This document shows, in pieces, positions 1 to 12,800 of a stretch of DNA of 64,000 nt. The stretch covers positions 46,378,001-46,442,000 of the forward strand of contig NW_024704742.1 of NCBI RefSeq assembly GCF_018977255.1, in the 5' to 3' direction. Below the pieces are notes generated by a model that worked only from the letters and a program-made list of their open reading frames with translations, was not told the DNA's origin and did no database searches. Origin of the DNA: Callorhinchus milii (taxonomy: Eukaryota). How positions within the stretch are numbered: position 1 is the first letter of the stretch; every line of letters starts with the position of its first letter. The position numbers and the translations under genes are program-made.

Positions 1-232
1 TTGTTGTAGGAGTAGGAGGGTGGCCAAAGGTGCAGTCGAAGAGGAGTCTCAAGACCAACTGATCCAATCTTGAGATATGCCTCAAAGTAGGCAAGGGAAG
101 GAGCGAGGCAAAGCTATTGTGGGATGGAGTTCCAAAGGGTGGGGGGACAGAGAGGCTGAATGCCTGACCACCAATGGTGGAGCGGGGGACATGGAGCAAT
201 GTTACTGAGGGAGTGGACAGGTTGATATGACT
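1..232 (-). mobile_element. L2 LINE 3'-end fragment
   Basis: Purine-rich tract with motifs shared with other L2 3' ends here (gggatggagttccaaaggg, gatggtggagcg...acatggagca, caggttgatatg); compare 18700-18860 and 46020-46200. Confidence 0.75.
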
Positions 233-960
233 ATGATATCATAGATTGCATTGCTCAAAAACAGGTCATTTGACCCATGGAGTCTGTGCTGGTGTTTATA
301 TTCCACATGATCCCCCCACTGCTTACTCCCTCCCATACCACTCTATTCCCTTCTCCCTCATATGGATATCTATCTTCCTCTTAAATGCATCTATACTATC
401 TGCATCAACCACAGTTTTGAACAGTGAGTTCCATATTTTCACTACCCTCTGTGTGAAGTAGTTACATCTAAATTCTCTTTTAGAGCCGTTAGTTGCTATT
501 GTATACACACATCACCTGGTATGCTAACCTTATCATATGCTTTTATAATCTAAACACCTTGATTAGATCCCCTCTTAAGAGTCTCTTTTCTCGCAAAAGA
601 TGGCCTAAATGATCTTTCCTGTTAGCAGTAACTTGCCACCCCGCTATCATTCTTGTAAAGCTATGCTGTACTGTTTGTATTGCTAGTATATTCTTCTTGT
701 TGTTTGACAACTATACTCCAAATGTGATCTAAGCAAAGTTTTTGTACAAATCAACACTTCCTCACTTTTATTCTCTATCCCTCTGGACATAAAGCATAAG
801 TTGCTATTGGCCCTTTTTATGGTCTTATATACTTGTGTTGCTACTTTTAAAGATTTATATATTTCAATCCCCAGATCTTTTTACTCCTCTATTATTCTTA
901 TGTTACTACTATCTAGGCTAAGGATGGCAAATATGAGGGTTATAGGTATTCTATTCTACT
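233..960 (-). mobile_element. CR1 LINE 3' fragment, decayed ORF2 C-terminus
   Basis: ORF 323-508(-) reads FTQRVVKIWNSL...DSIDAFKRKID, the typical CR1 ORF2 C-terminus. A CR1-like catag tail lies near 235-250. Confidence 0.85.
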
Positions 961-2334
961 CACAGCTCATGACATTAACCCATTATTTTGATAACATAAA
1001 TGTCATTGAAATGTTTTGCCTTGACTTATTTGACTTTTTCAGAGAATTTGCTTTTGCTTGTGGCTAATGCTGGGAATGGAGGGAATTTTGTTCTCCTGGG
1101 AAATAAATAGAATAAGTATTCTGCAATGCCCTTTGCTGAAAGTAGCCCAATTTTGCTGGTGAAAAGGGTCAAACTGTATTTAAAGAATGTAGATATAGTT
1201 CATTTTATAAATGTATATTCATATAAATGAAAATTATATTGTAATTGTATTATAAAGTTTAACATGTCTGTAAAATACATTTTGTTTTGTTAAGATTTTA
1301 TGATAAGTAACATGGCTAAAATAGCAAGCACAGGTTGTAGATTCTTAACATTGTAACCGTAGCAATAACCTTTCATTACTTTAGATATGGCAAGACTGTT
1401 AGAGGCAGCCCTTTTGTTTTAAGTGTACATTGTCTAATTAATGCACGATTCCCTGTTTGCTATGATTAACATCCAAACTGTAGTAGTGAAGGAATCCGAA
1501 ATTTCAATATGATAAATGCCCTCTGACATAAAGCACTTTGACAGCCTCTGATAGTGGTGGAGGCCATAGGAATGAATTGGTGAATGGACAGACATTTACA
1601 AATGCGATGAAACGAGAGCTTTAAAGAGATTGACTGAAAAATGCCTCCCACCTCCACTGTGTATCAAACATCTTCTATTAGTGCATTGAAGTAATTCCCT
1701 AACACTTTAATGGTTAATCGTACTTGCCCTCTTCAATAACATTTCAGAATCCAGCACAATTATAGACAGATATTTTACATCTGTTTCCTTTTTAATCCCA
1801 GAACTATGGCATGGAAGCAAATGTCACCTTTGACAAATGTGGTTGGCTGAACGAGTCACACTGTGCATGTTGCAATTAATTGACTTTAAAAANTCATGAT
1901 TCCCTTACTGTGTGAATGTAGGTGAATTAGCAAACTGGCCCCTTGAGTTTTATCGAGTCATTAATGGTGCCATTAATAAAAACGACAAGCACATAATTTA
2001 TCCTGTTTTGTTTACCATAATAGAATTTGTATCCTCAAGACCCTATCGAGAGAGAAAGAGATTACCAGATTAGAATTCCACTGAGACAGAAAAAAATTAA
2101 ATCTGTCCTGCACTTTAAAAAAATATTAATTATACTCTTTAGAATTCAGCATTCGTCTCTGTGTTTAATAACTGATGTGATCCACTAAAGTTTAATTTTC
2201 TACACACTGCCATCCACCTCAGTGAGTCTCACACTTACTACTACAAAGGTCAACATTTAGCAATTATCTGCTATTACCTAACATTAACCCTTAGCCTGTC
2301 AGCAGCTTGTCAGATTCATCTCAGCGATGTGTTA

Positions 2335-2760
2335 GTGTCAGCCTGGCTCAGTTGGTATTACAAGAGTACTGAATCGAAAGCTTCTGTGTTTGAGCCCCAG
2401 AGTGGAACTTTTGAGCCAAGAGTCTAGGCTGGCACTCCAGTGCAGCGATGGGGAGTGCTATATTGTCAAAGGTGCCACCTTTTATTTGAGATGTTAAACT
2501 GAGGTCTTGACATCTATCTATTCTTTTAGCATTATAGATCTCATGGCACTATTCAAAAAAGAGGGAGTTTTTCCCTTGTATCCCGACGAACAATCCCCAG
2601 ATAAAATTGGTTATTCAATTAATGGCTGTATGTGTGATACTATTGAGGCAAAATTGTTACAAAATACAGTTGGTACACTTAACAGTAAATCCTGTGAATC
2701 TCTTTGAGTTGTTTCGACAATGTGTTAAGGTACTGTATAAAGTACAAGAATTATTATATT
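2335..2760 (+). mobile_element. tRNA-derived Deu-domain SINE, older family, near full length
   Basis: A-box head tcagcctggctcagttggta, then Deu-type core (ggtgccacctttt..gagatgttaaactgaggtc...gatctcatggcactattcaaaa), then a (TTA)n tail. Confidence 0.8.
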
Positions 2761-4331
2761 ATCCATCCCTAACGGCCTAGTACTTTTATGCAATTTTACC
2801 CCATGCACCGTGATGCTGAAATTATCATTATTTTATCAGTACAGTAGTTCTAGTCTCTATGACGTAAAGCAGATTGCCCATGACCTAGGTAGGATAGAGA
2901 AAAAAAATAAGACTGAAGGATAAGCCATAAGGAAAGACAAAAAAAAAACTAAGGCTCTTTTGCTTTGAAAATAGACAACTCAGATGAATTCTTGTTGAGG
3001 TACAACAGGCAGAAAATGGTATTTTAACATCAATATAGGGATTTCGGGAGCTCAATTGTAAAATAATATTTCCTGGCCTATGGTGATTTTCAACACTCAC
3101 CTCAATATATAGCCCAAATAAGTATTAAAACAAAAATAGTACTTCCCTGACCCTCCAAAGGCACAGAAGCACAATACTGATCAACCTAGCTTCAGGCTGG
3201 AATCCAAGTTGGCAGCAAATCATTGAGAATTGGAGCACAGTGGCTGGAGGAGCTAAGACATTGCCACCAATATCTAGTTTGGGGATTATTGTGAGCTCAG
3301 AATGCTGAGCTCATGTTCTGATTTCACAATTGTGGAGTTAATTAAGTTAAGAAATGTGTTAAGGAATATCTCAAATGTTACCCCTAAATCTCTGCTCTAG
3401 AGTTTGAGAATGAAGAAACTTTACACACAAAGCAGGTCCCTGTGTCAGACAGTACAATGTATGTAATCCGGTGCTGTTCAAAAGTTGAGTTACTGCGAAA
3501 CAGAAAGAGTCCTGGAGGTGTTATTGAGGTGTTAGTTTTTGAGATTAGTTACATGATTGGGCAGTTGTACGTCGAGATTGTTCATATTAGAGTCTTTTGC
3601 CCTCGGCGTGATATTGATTACTGAGTGTGCTATAATGAAGAATTTAGCATCAACTTATGAAAAGCACAACCATTTGGAATTTTATGGTATCCACGTATTA
3701 TTTCAGAGCTGAAAACAGATTGAGCCTTCATATTGTGAGCTATAATTGAACTAACAGTGTAGCAATTTGTTACAAACTGAATGACAGTGTGAAAACTATG
3801 TAACAATTTGTGTTTCATACTGAAAACAATGATAGCTTTGGTATTAGAAAGAAAGTGACTAGTTTGGCATACTCCAAGCAACATGTCAAAAGAAACACAG
3901 TGCTTTTTCATTTGGTGAATAATGGCTGAAGTCTTGTTCCACAGACAATAAAATTAAAACTGTGCTGCCACATGTTAGCTCTGAAAAACATTAGTTTACA
4001 GAGTAGTGCCTTCCAGCATTGTCAAGTGCTTTGAGACGTCTTCCCGACGTGAAATATGTTATATATATATGTAAATTGTATTCTATTGTAGTTATACAGC
4101 ATGTTTGTCAGCAGATTTATATGTTTGTTCAGTATAAGAGACGGTTGAGGTAGTGTGAATCGTATTGAAACCACACATCTGGATGAGGTAGTTTCAGAAG
4201 CAATGTGATTTACATTTGGCTGGGGCTCCCATTCAGCTGTATAAGCACATCAAGACAACCTCCTGACGTAAAAGACACTATATAAATGTTGATTGTTGTT
4301 ACTGCACTCAAACAATATATAACAGAGGAGG

Positions 4332-4428
4332 AACAAAAACAGAGAGAGCTGGGAAAACTCAGCAGGTCAGGCAGCATCTATGGAGAAAGGAAAGTGAGTC
4401 AACGTTTCGGGTCCATGACGTTCTGACG
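4332..4428. mobile_element. Penelope-like terminal repeat remnant with partial hammerhead motif
   Basis: gctgggaaaactcagcaggtcaggcagcatctatggaga...aacgtttcgggtccatgac|gttctgacg resembles, from recall, palindromic Penelope-derived repeats of cartilaginous fishes. Confidence 0.55.
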
Positions 4429-4625
4429 CCTCGCCCCCTCCTTAGCCTCCTTCAAGTTCCATCTCAAAACTCTCCTCTTCGACCATGCCATTGGCCACCC
4501 CCCTTCCTCTCCCCTCCCTTTTCCCCGCTGACCCCAGCTTGCGTCTGAAATGCTGTACACTGTCCAGCACCTTGGGACGTCCCCCCAACGTGAAAGGCGC
4601 TATCCAAATGTAATCTTGTTGTTGT
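4429..4625 (+). mobile_element. L2 LINE 3'-end fragment
   Basis: ctcttcgaccatgcc...gcaccttgggacgtccccccaacgtgaaaggcgctatccaaatgtaatcttgttgttg has the L2 tail stem-loop and (GTT)n. Confidence 0.8.
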
Positions 4626-4669
4626 ATGTTGGTAATGATTACCTATGCAGTATTTTACGCTCTGCATGC

Positions 4670-4805
4670 TGAATCCAGTCAAAGAATCTTCCGACCCTGC
4701 AAGCTAAAGCACTAAAGGTGCTGCAGTCCTTGCTGGACAAGCAGTGGGAAGTTTACCAGTGTTCATACAGGCAAGCTATGCAGTTTTAACTGGTTAAACT
4801 CCAAT
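4670..4805 (+). repeat. Unclassified dispersed repeat, copy 1 of 4
   Basis: accctgcaagc..agcactaa...gctggacaag...ggcaagctatgcagtttta matches the reverse complement of 31500-31620. Confidence 0.65.
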
Positions 4806-4819
4806 TTATCTGAAGAACT

Positions 4820-4985
4820 GTTGAACAGGATACCAGGAGAAAGACTCCTTCCTTTTCAAATTGAGTGATTTCATTATTATGCCACTTGAAACAGGCCAAT
4901 GGGATGATTAGTTCATGTCGCAGTCAAAATACTTCATCTTGCAATGCAGCCTCCCCAGGACTGCACTGAGGAATCAGCCTGATCA
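4820..4985 (-). mobile_element. Deu-SINE core fragment, decayed
   Basis: tgcagcctccccaggactgcactgaggaatcagcct is the reverse complement of the Deu-SINE segment seen at 2425-2465. Confidence 0.5.
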
Positions 4986-6625
4986 AACTGCAGTAAATAT
5001 TGTTATGAACACAAGTCGCAACATCTGGACTGATGTTGCAGACGCGAGAGAGCTGTCAACTGAGCTAAGGTGACATCTTTGTGAACCCAGGACATGTGCA
5101 GACAGTGCAGGTTTGATATGAGGGTAAGTGGTATGGTTTGTTGGTGTATATTTCACTGTGTACAACAAGAACTCGATACACAAACAGTTGAGGATCCAAT
5201 ATTAAATGTAAAATTGTGAAGGCTGAATGATTGCAACAACAGCAACAACTTGCAGTTATATAGGGTCTTTCATGTAGGATAGTGCCTCGGAGCACTGATT
5301 CACAAATGAAGTTGCACAGGGGAAGCAAAGAAAAGACAATGTTACTTGGATAGATAGTAGTACTGTAGTTTAAGGGTTTTATACGCTTGTTTATTTGCAT
5401 AATTTATTATAATGGGTTTAAGGATAATGCACGCAGAAATGTTCTGGCTTAGCTGCAGTGTCACTGCATTACTTCCAAATACCATAGGGTATATCTATCT
5501 CCGCATTTTAATCCATCACTTTCACAAGTCAAATACTCATCCCAACACCAACAATGCATATTGCACCCATGTCAAGTGAGTGTTTGGAAAATGTTGCAAA
5601 AATTATCACCCTTCATTCACACCTCCCACAAAATATTAAGAAATAGAGATTTATTCTATTGAGGAGAAAATCATTTCTGTGGAGCTGAAAATCTCTGTCT
5701 GCAAAGCAATGTGTACATTCACTCTTAACAAATTATGATTCATATATGGCTGTTTTACATCCCCCAAAATGGCTTAGTCCAACAACAGTCATAAATAATA
5801 ATCATCTTTCCATTTGATATAGCGCCTCATCACATCGTTGAGATATAGCAAAGAGCTTCACAGAATATGTTGTAAAGTTGCCTGTAGTTTGTGGGTGTTA
5901 TTTTGTAAAGACAATTGTAAAAACAATTGGAAAAATTAACCAGACAAAAAGTTTAAATATCAGAATACACTGTTAAAACTTTAGAAAGCTAAGAGTAGGA
6001 ATGGACGTCAGGCAAAATTATGATTCACATAAACCAAGAACTGTCAAGCACAGTTTGTTTTGAGTGAGGTGGGTAGGTCAAGGAGCAAATAGGCCTTTTC
6101 TGGAAAGAGAAGATGTTCAGGGAAATAATGGGAGAGCAAACCATTGCCCAACCAAAGTCAAAAGGGATCAATTTATCGAGCTGAATAACTTTATTATTGC
6201 TAAACGTTCTCATATATTTTAAATATTACAAACTATAAACAGCAAAATGCTATTGCACAATCAATTCACCAGCAAGAAGCGCCACACAATATCAGGGCTG
6301 TGGACAGTCCTGCACAGAAGTACATTCCCAATCTGTAGCACATCAAATGGGAAGGTGACACGTAGAAATCAGGTACTTTCCTTGGGGGCAAAAAGCAGTG
6401 GGGAGAAAGGGGCAAGAATGTCCTAGAGCAAATCATGCCATTGCAGTGATGTCCCGCCAAACATCATATTATTGCTACTTAAACACATACAGCAACATCT
6501 ACTAGTTTCTGCCTCAGTTTCTGTGGCCCACTGCTTATGGTTACAAAGTGAAAAACAGGGCTTCTTGTCCCACTTTGCTGTAATGCTGGAAATCAAGTTG
6601 TTTTGTTTCTGGCAACAAAAGAGTT

Positions 6626-6860
6626 TCATAGAATCATAGATTCAAAGAATTATACAGCACAGAAGGAGGCCATTCAGCCCATTGTTTCTGTACCGGCTCT
6701 TTGAAAAGAGTTATTAAAAATCAATCCCACTCCCCCACTCTCTCCCCATAGCCCTGCAAACTTGTCCTCCCCAAATAATTATCTATTTCTCTCTTAAAAG
6801 TTGTTATCCAATTGACTTCCACCAGCCTTTCAGGCAATGCATTCCAGATCCAGACAACTA
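6626..6860 (-). mobile_element. CR1 LINE 3' fragment
   Basis: catagaatcatag tail and acagcacagaaggaggccattcagccc, matching the CR1 end at 18868-19100. Confidence 0.85.
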
Positions 6861-8003
6861 GCACAAGACAATGCAGGACTTTTACTCTAGAATCACAGCA
6901 TTCAGATTATTCATTTTGTATCACTTTAGTTCCAACAGAATGAAACGTTGTACTGTGAACATATATGTTTTTATATTTTGCTCTTAGTTGGCAGCCATGT
7001 TGTTTTATACCACAGCAACGTTCAGAACAACGAAGGACTGAGAAACAGAAGGAACGTGTTTAATCACCAATACATCATAAAGATGAAAGAGTTCTTGAAA
7101 CAGATGCTGCTTCCTAACTCAACATATTGTGAAGTCAAGGTGTATTCTGCTGCTGAAACAAGCCATTTAGGTCTTCAATCACCTCTCAAATCAATCAAGC
7201 AGAACTGAAATTCAGTGGAACTTTTCCTTGATTTATAAATAACAATCTCATATCTGTGATGGTTAAAGGCCCTTTGAAGTCAATTAAATTGCTCCGCAAT
7301 TTCACTTCAATCTTTAGTAGAGTATTTATTTTCATTGAACCGTAATGGTTCAATGGCATGAGATAAACAGGCTGCCCTGCCTCATCTAAATTGCTTTTAT
7401 GGAATTTTCTTGGCCTTAGAAATAACAAATATTAATTTTGCTCGATAATTATGCCATGCAATAAATCACCTATATGGGAGGAACAACTTTTACTCTATTC
7501 TATTCATTACAGATTCCACTCAAATGTATATATAAACTTAGAGGACAAGATTGAAATTCAACCAACGTATCAATATTCCAGTGTTGCAGATATATTTTTC
7601 ATCAATAATTACTTTAACTTAGATACTGAATAAGAGATCACCTCAGAGGCTGAAGCACAAAATGGAGATCTCATAACAGGTTGGTTTTTCATATCAAATT
7701 TTTTAATATTTAATCATTTTTAATGTTGATTGAAATGATTTTTGACAGATAAACTGGTAAAAATAGATAGTGTTTTGTCATGTGTTATAAAGAGAAAGAA
7801 CATTTGTATTAGCTTATATAATTAACATAAATATAGCTCCAGGAGTTATTTGCCTTGGGGGCCCTCATTTCTAACTATAAAATCTTTGCATTCCCCAGGT
7901 AGATAAAGTAATGTTTATTTATACACGCAAACAGGAAGTTTGTATTATAAAATACACATTTCACTCTCGTTATGGAAAATTTCCAATCAACTTGTGATAA
8001 GTG

Positions 8004-8069
8004 CTGGGCTTATCCAAAAGAGACAAGTGACTTGGTCTCAGGTAACTTGTCACTTTTGGAATAGCCCAG
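8004..8069. repeat. 66-nt inverted repeat (31-bp arms, 4-nt loop)
   Basis: Left arm ctgggcttatccaaaagagacaagtgacttg; reverse complement of right arm ctgggctattccaaaagtgacaagttacctg. Confidence 0.85.
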
Positions 8070-8203
8070 AACATATCCTAGGTCACTCTTGAGCTGGTCA
8101 CAGGGCAAGTGCCAAAGAGAGTCAGACATTCAATGTATCTTATTCTCTGTGTGTTCTTCCCTCCTTAGCTATCAGGAAGCAACTGACCTATCCCTTAAAT
8201 GTA

Positions 8204-8740
8204 AAGCAAACCTGATTGCATTAGCACCTCATTGCAAATTCAGTTTAGATCCCCGGATCTCATAGTATACAGTGTTCTGGTTATGCCTTGAGTAATGTAC
8301 ACAGTTTTGGTCACCCCAACATAAAGGGCTGTCCAGCCCCTAGAGGCAGTGCAGAGGAGAGCAACAAGGATCATCCCCAATGTTAGAGGAATAAGTTCTG
8401 AACAACTATTAGACAAACTAGGGCTCTTCAGTTGGCAAGAAGGCGACTCAGAGGTGATCTTATAGAGCTGCATAAAATTTTAAATGGGATTCAAAAAGTA
8501 AACTAGGAATAATATTTTAGTTGGACCAAGGCAGTGGAACATAGGTTTAGAGTTGCAAAGGAGAATTTTAAAACAGATACAAGCAAACATTTCTTTACCC
8601 AGATGTTAATTAATGACTGCAACAGATTGAAAAGCAGCTTGATGATGTGATGGAGAAATTGTACGGTTGGTATTCTGGAGGGATGAGATAGATGGACCGA
8701 AGGGCCTTCTTCATCCAAATAAATCTTATGATCCTGTGAA
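8204..8740 (+). mobile_element. CR1 LINE 3' fragment, decayed
   Basis: cagttttggtcacccc (QFWSP), ctagaggcagtgcagaggagagcaacaaggatcatcccc (LEAVQRRATRIIP) and a gatggaccgaagggccttct 3' UTR motif. Confidence 0.85.
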
Positions 8741-8799
8741 ATGTAAACGATACACCCCACCATTCTAATGTGATGTTAATACTCTTTTGCACTCGGCTA

Positions 8800-9200
8800 C
8801 CATGCTGAATTTTATTTCTTTATCTTTTATTTGCATCTTCTTCTATTTATCCTCATGTTCTCTTGTAAAGGAGTTGATTCTTATTGGAGCACAGCTTCAC
8901 ATGCTCTGGCTGCCCTCTGGTCCCTCATCCAAGTGACCCTTTTCAGACAGTGAGATACAGAATATATTGAATGCTAACAATAGTTATCACAAACAAGCAC
9001 TGGAAATGTTTAATGATTCACACATGATCTACCATAGAATTGCAGCAAAGTATTCAATCTTGTTCGGGTGGGAACTACAGCTGAGCTCAATCCTATCCTC
9101 ATCAAATTCCACACATCCACATTTTCCAACAGGTATAGTAATCAGGAATGGAAAAGTTGATTAATTATACTCCTCTGTAGTCTAGGGGCACTGAAACAGA
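8800..9200. repeat. Old unclassified SINE-like repeat
   Basis: Shares degenerate motifs (cagctgagctcaatcc..cacacatccacattttccaaca) with 53280-53375. 34050-34180 resembles the opposite strand. Confidence 0.4.
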
Positions 9201-12200
9201 AGACTGTTATCAGCACATAATATTCCCAATGTGTCTTTGAAGCATTAACTTGGAACATTCAAATAGGACCAATGCTATCCGTGAAACATTTTGATGTTAA
9301 AAGCATTGTATGAAAAGAATGCAAAGGTTATTATGAAGCTGAAAAAGACGATCAAAATAATTAAGTTAGCATGTGAAAGCTAGTAGGGAAGTATTAAATA
9401 CAGCAATAGTGCACAGATGAAGCTTGAGAAAACCATTTAAAGCATTGTGATTACTTCTGTTTGGTAGAACATGCTTCTTGGTGTGAATTAATCATCGTGT
9501 AACTGAAAGAAATCTTGGTGTAAATGACTCACTGGTTTCAACTGCCTATAGATTAATATTGTTGAAGTGAGATACATAATTACCACATTTATTAAAAAAA
9601 ATGAAAATTACTGTAAGCTTATAAATGGAAATGGTAGAACAGTAACAGCACGCTTACTTAATTTTTTTTAATAAGTATGGGATCCATCTCTACATATACA
9701 TAACAGATGCATGTTAAAGGCTAAATCGGAAATTAACTGAGTGAAACTAGATTCACTGACTTTGAGCTATACTTAAATGAATGTTGCGATCACTTCTAAA
9801 TATTTGATATTGCACCACGAGGAACACTATCATTAGAGCTTTCACCAGTGTGAAATTATGCCTGTAGATTGATATAAATTGAGCTCTAGAGATTAGTAAT
9901 GCATATACAGTGAATTTCTGATAAGTACAGCAAGTACTCAGCTTGTGACAAAGGAAGTTAACATTTGGAGCTCAATCAATTGAACACTAGAAGAGAAGAA
10001 CCCTTTATTTGACTGTGTGTATTTTGTGGCCGAACGGGAACAAAGATTCTTAGTTCTATCCACAATGGATTTATTGAGTTATTTACCCTTTTGCTTTCTA
10101 TAAAATCAATAAATTTAGGCTGAAGTTCTGGTTAGAGTTATAATAGCATCTTTGGTGACGTGAACCATTAAAGTGATTTCTCCATTATAACCATGCAATG
10201 GCAAAGGGTTATTCCACCTATGACACTATAATCCGTGCATTTATTATTCCACCCAAGTGGGATTAGTGCCATATATGAACTGCAGTTCTTTGTTTTCTTT
10301 CTAAAATGATTAAATTGTTCTATACCTTCTTTGCTGTGTTGTATCTCAATTCCATTGATTATTTTACTTAACCTGTTTCACCTGCTTATGACCAGGTTGA
10401 AATTTCCTGTATCTGAGAAGTATTTTCGCATTTAAATACTGAAAATTGCTGAATCGCTGGTTAGAATAAGTGTGAATCTTTTGACTGAGGTTGGTTTGTT
10501 GTCCATGGGGCGGGGAAACAGTCTCTCAAATTATAAGGAAAGATTGATGTTCAAAATAATTCAGTTATCAGCGGAAACTCCGCTGAGAAAAGGAGAGGTT
10601 GACATCTTGCTCAGAAGAAAGGAGCTGTTTAATCCGACAAGGAGGAAACTGAAAGATGAGTCAGGGTTACTTGTCAAAATCCAGGTAGAACTATTTTTTC
10701 AATGTTTTGTTTGACATATCCTTGACTGCAAAATAAAGTATGTGTTATAAACCATGTTTTGTTTGCCAAATTCTTCTACAAAGACAAACAAAAGATTTTC
10801 CGAAAAGAGACAAGTTCTTAAAGGTCAAATTCACAAGGGGATTTGACACAGGTGTGAGTTTTGCTTATCATGCACGACTTGCAGGCTACATCAACCTGTA
10901 AATCAGTCGAGAGCTATCAAAGAGAAAAAGATCAAGACACTATCATGGAGAAAAAGCATCCTGCCTGGTAGCAAGTAAGCTGGGGGGAATTGCTCTGAAG
11001 AGACAATTCTGATGTGCAGGTCTATAGTAATCCAAGGCAGGTTTGACATGCAGCCAAGACCCAAAGCCCTAGTGGTCCTAACCAAGCAAGTATTGTATTT
11101 TATTTTTGAAAAAATTAATTTACGAGGAATTTACATCAGTGAAGCATACCTGTTACATAATATCTTTAAACAGATTGGTTCGTGCCAAAACATGACTCCA
11201 CATCATCTTCAAAAGCACCAGGGTCACATATGGTTTTCTGGAGGAGTATCAATTTTTCTTAAAAAATATTGATAATTCACACTACCAGGCCCTGAATTAC
11301 CCGTCCCCTTTCCCAAGGCCTCAGAGCTGAAACCAGTCAGTATTCACATAATACAAATGAAATGGAATTTATGGAGGCGCAAATTGGTTTTGTATTTTCA
11401 ATGTAATGGAAATATTAATTTATGAGGTGTGCACTTATGAGCAAAATTGATTCAGTAGGTTTGAATGATAGTCACGTCTCAATTGAACATTACCAGCAGT
11501 AATTGATCAGGCTGGGGAATGAGTGACGTTACTTGGGGTAATAGCATCATTAACATGTACAGTATAAATAGTCTTCAGAATACTTACTGTCCAAGACTGG
11601 GCCATTTCAATTCTGGAAACACAGGATTAGCTTTGCTCCACATGCAGTTGTTGGCTGATGGTGCTGCAAGTCTCTTATAACAGATTGTGCTATCAAGTCC
11701 GTAAGGCAGCTGAGTTGAAGGTAATGTACTTGCCAGACAGAAACAGAGGCACTTCCTAAAGCTGTTCAAACTTCATCGTGTTTTCAATTGTCAATTGTCT
11801 CTGAGGATTCAGTCCAACCGAACACATTCATAACTGCTGATCTGTTCTCTGCTGAGATTTACATTTGTTGCTATCCAAGTGTGAGACCAGCCCTGCTCTC
11901 TTGATTTATTCATGTTCCAAAAGAAATAAAACAAGTCCCACTAACAGCCGTACATTAATAGGTGACGCTAACACCTATTAATCACCAGAAGCTATTACCA
12001 ACATTTATTATCAGAATTGGATATGATACCATTAATTTGAAGTAATGTTATTTACAAATGCATCCCATATAAAATTGTTTAATGGACTTCATCGAGTAAT
12101 TATACCGCCATAATCTACAAAGCTATAGCAGCCGTCCACTATATTGATCAAAAAAGTTGAATTACAGCTTGTTTTGGAATTTTAATTACTTTGCTGATGA

Positions 12201-12444
12201 GACCATTAACATTTTGTTGCATCCATAACAATATTGAAATAAAGCCTTTGAAGGGTCTGCACTGACTCCAGTGACCAACTGTACATGTTCATGTGTGTGT
12301 AGGTGTGTGTGTTTGTGCATGTTTATTGATTATGATCTGTACAACAGATGTAATATTTCACATGAGAGGATTGTATGGGGCACAGGGAAAGTGGGAGAAA
12401 AAGAGAGCAAAAATGGAAACAAAATAATTGAAGCATCAATTTTA

Positions 12445-12800
12445 ATTTACATTCATTTAGTGCTTTCACATCGGGAAGATGTCTCAAATTGCTGCACATG
12501 ATTGGTTGGGAGCTCAGGTTGTGAGAGAGAAGAGGGAGATACCCTAAAGATACCCTAAAACATGGTTACAATGATAGGTCACGAGGTGGGGTTTGAAGGA
12601 GAGGAGAGAGGGGGCAAGGTAGAAGCACTCTAGGATGAGTTGAGAAGGGCAGAATGATTGAAACAATATTACCCAACAATGCTGGATGCATTGGGTCTGG
12701 GACAAGAATCGATTGGTATTTGCTAAGTGGAGGGAAGGGCTGGGCAGAACGGTTGCAGGTGATCATAGGGTAGGGTGTGGTAAGGCTGCAGAGGCATGTG
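12445..12800 (-). mobile_element. L2 LINE 3' fragment, decayed
   Basis: Tail gtgctttcacatcgggaagatgtctcaaattgctgcaca followed by a purine-rich L2-like body. Confidence 0.6.

Noticed and set aside
1893..1893. Ambiguous base N (also 13761)
   Set aside because: Single-base assembly ambiguity next to a homopolymer run, with no biological signal.
6988..7139. Plus-strand exon (..NNEGLRNRRNVF..)
   Set aside because: Ambiguous acceptors, a weak donor and no recognisable homology in any frame.
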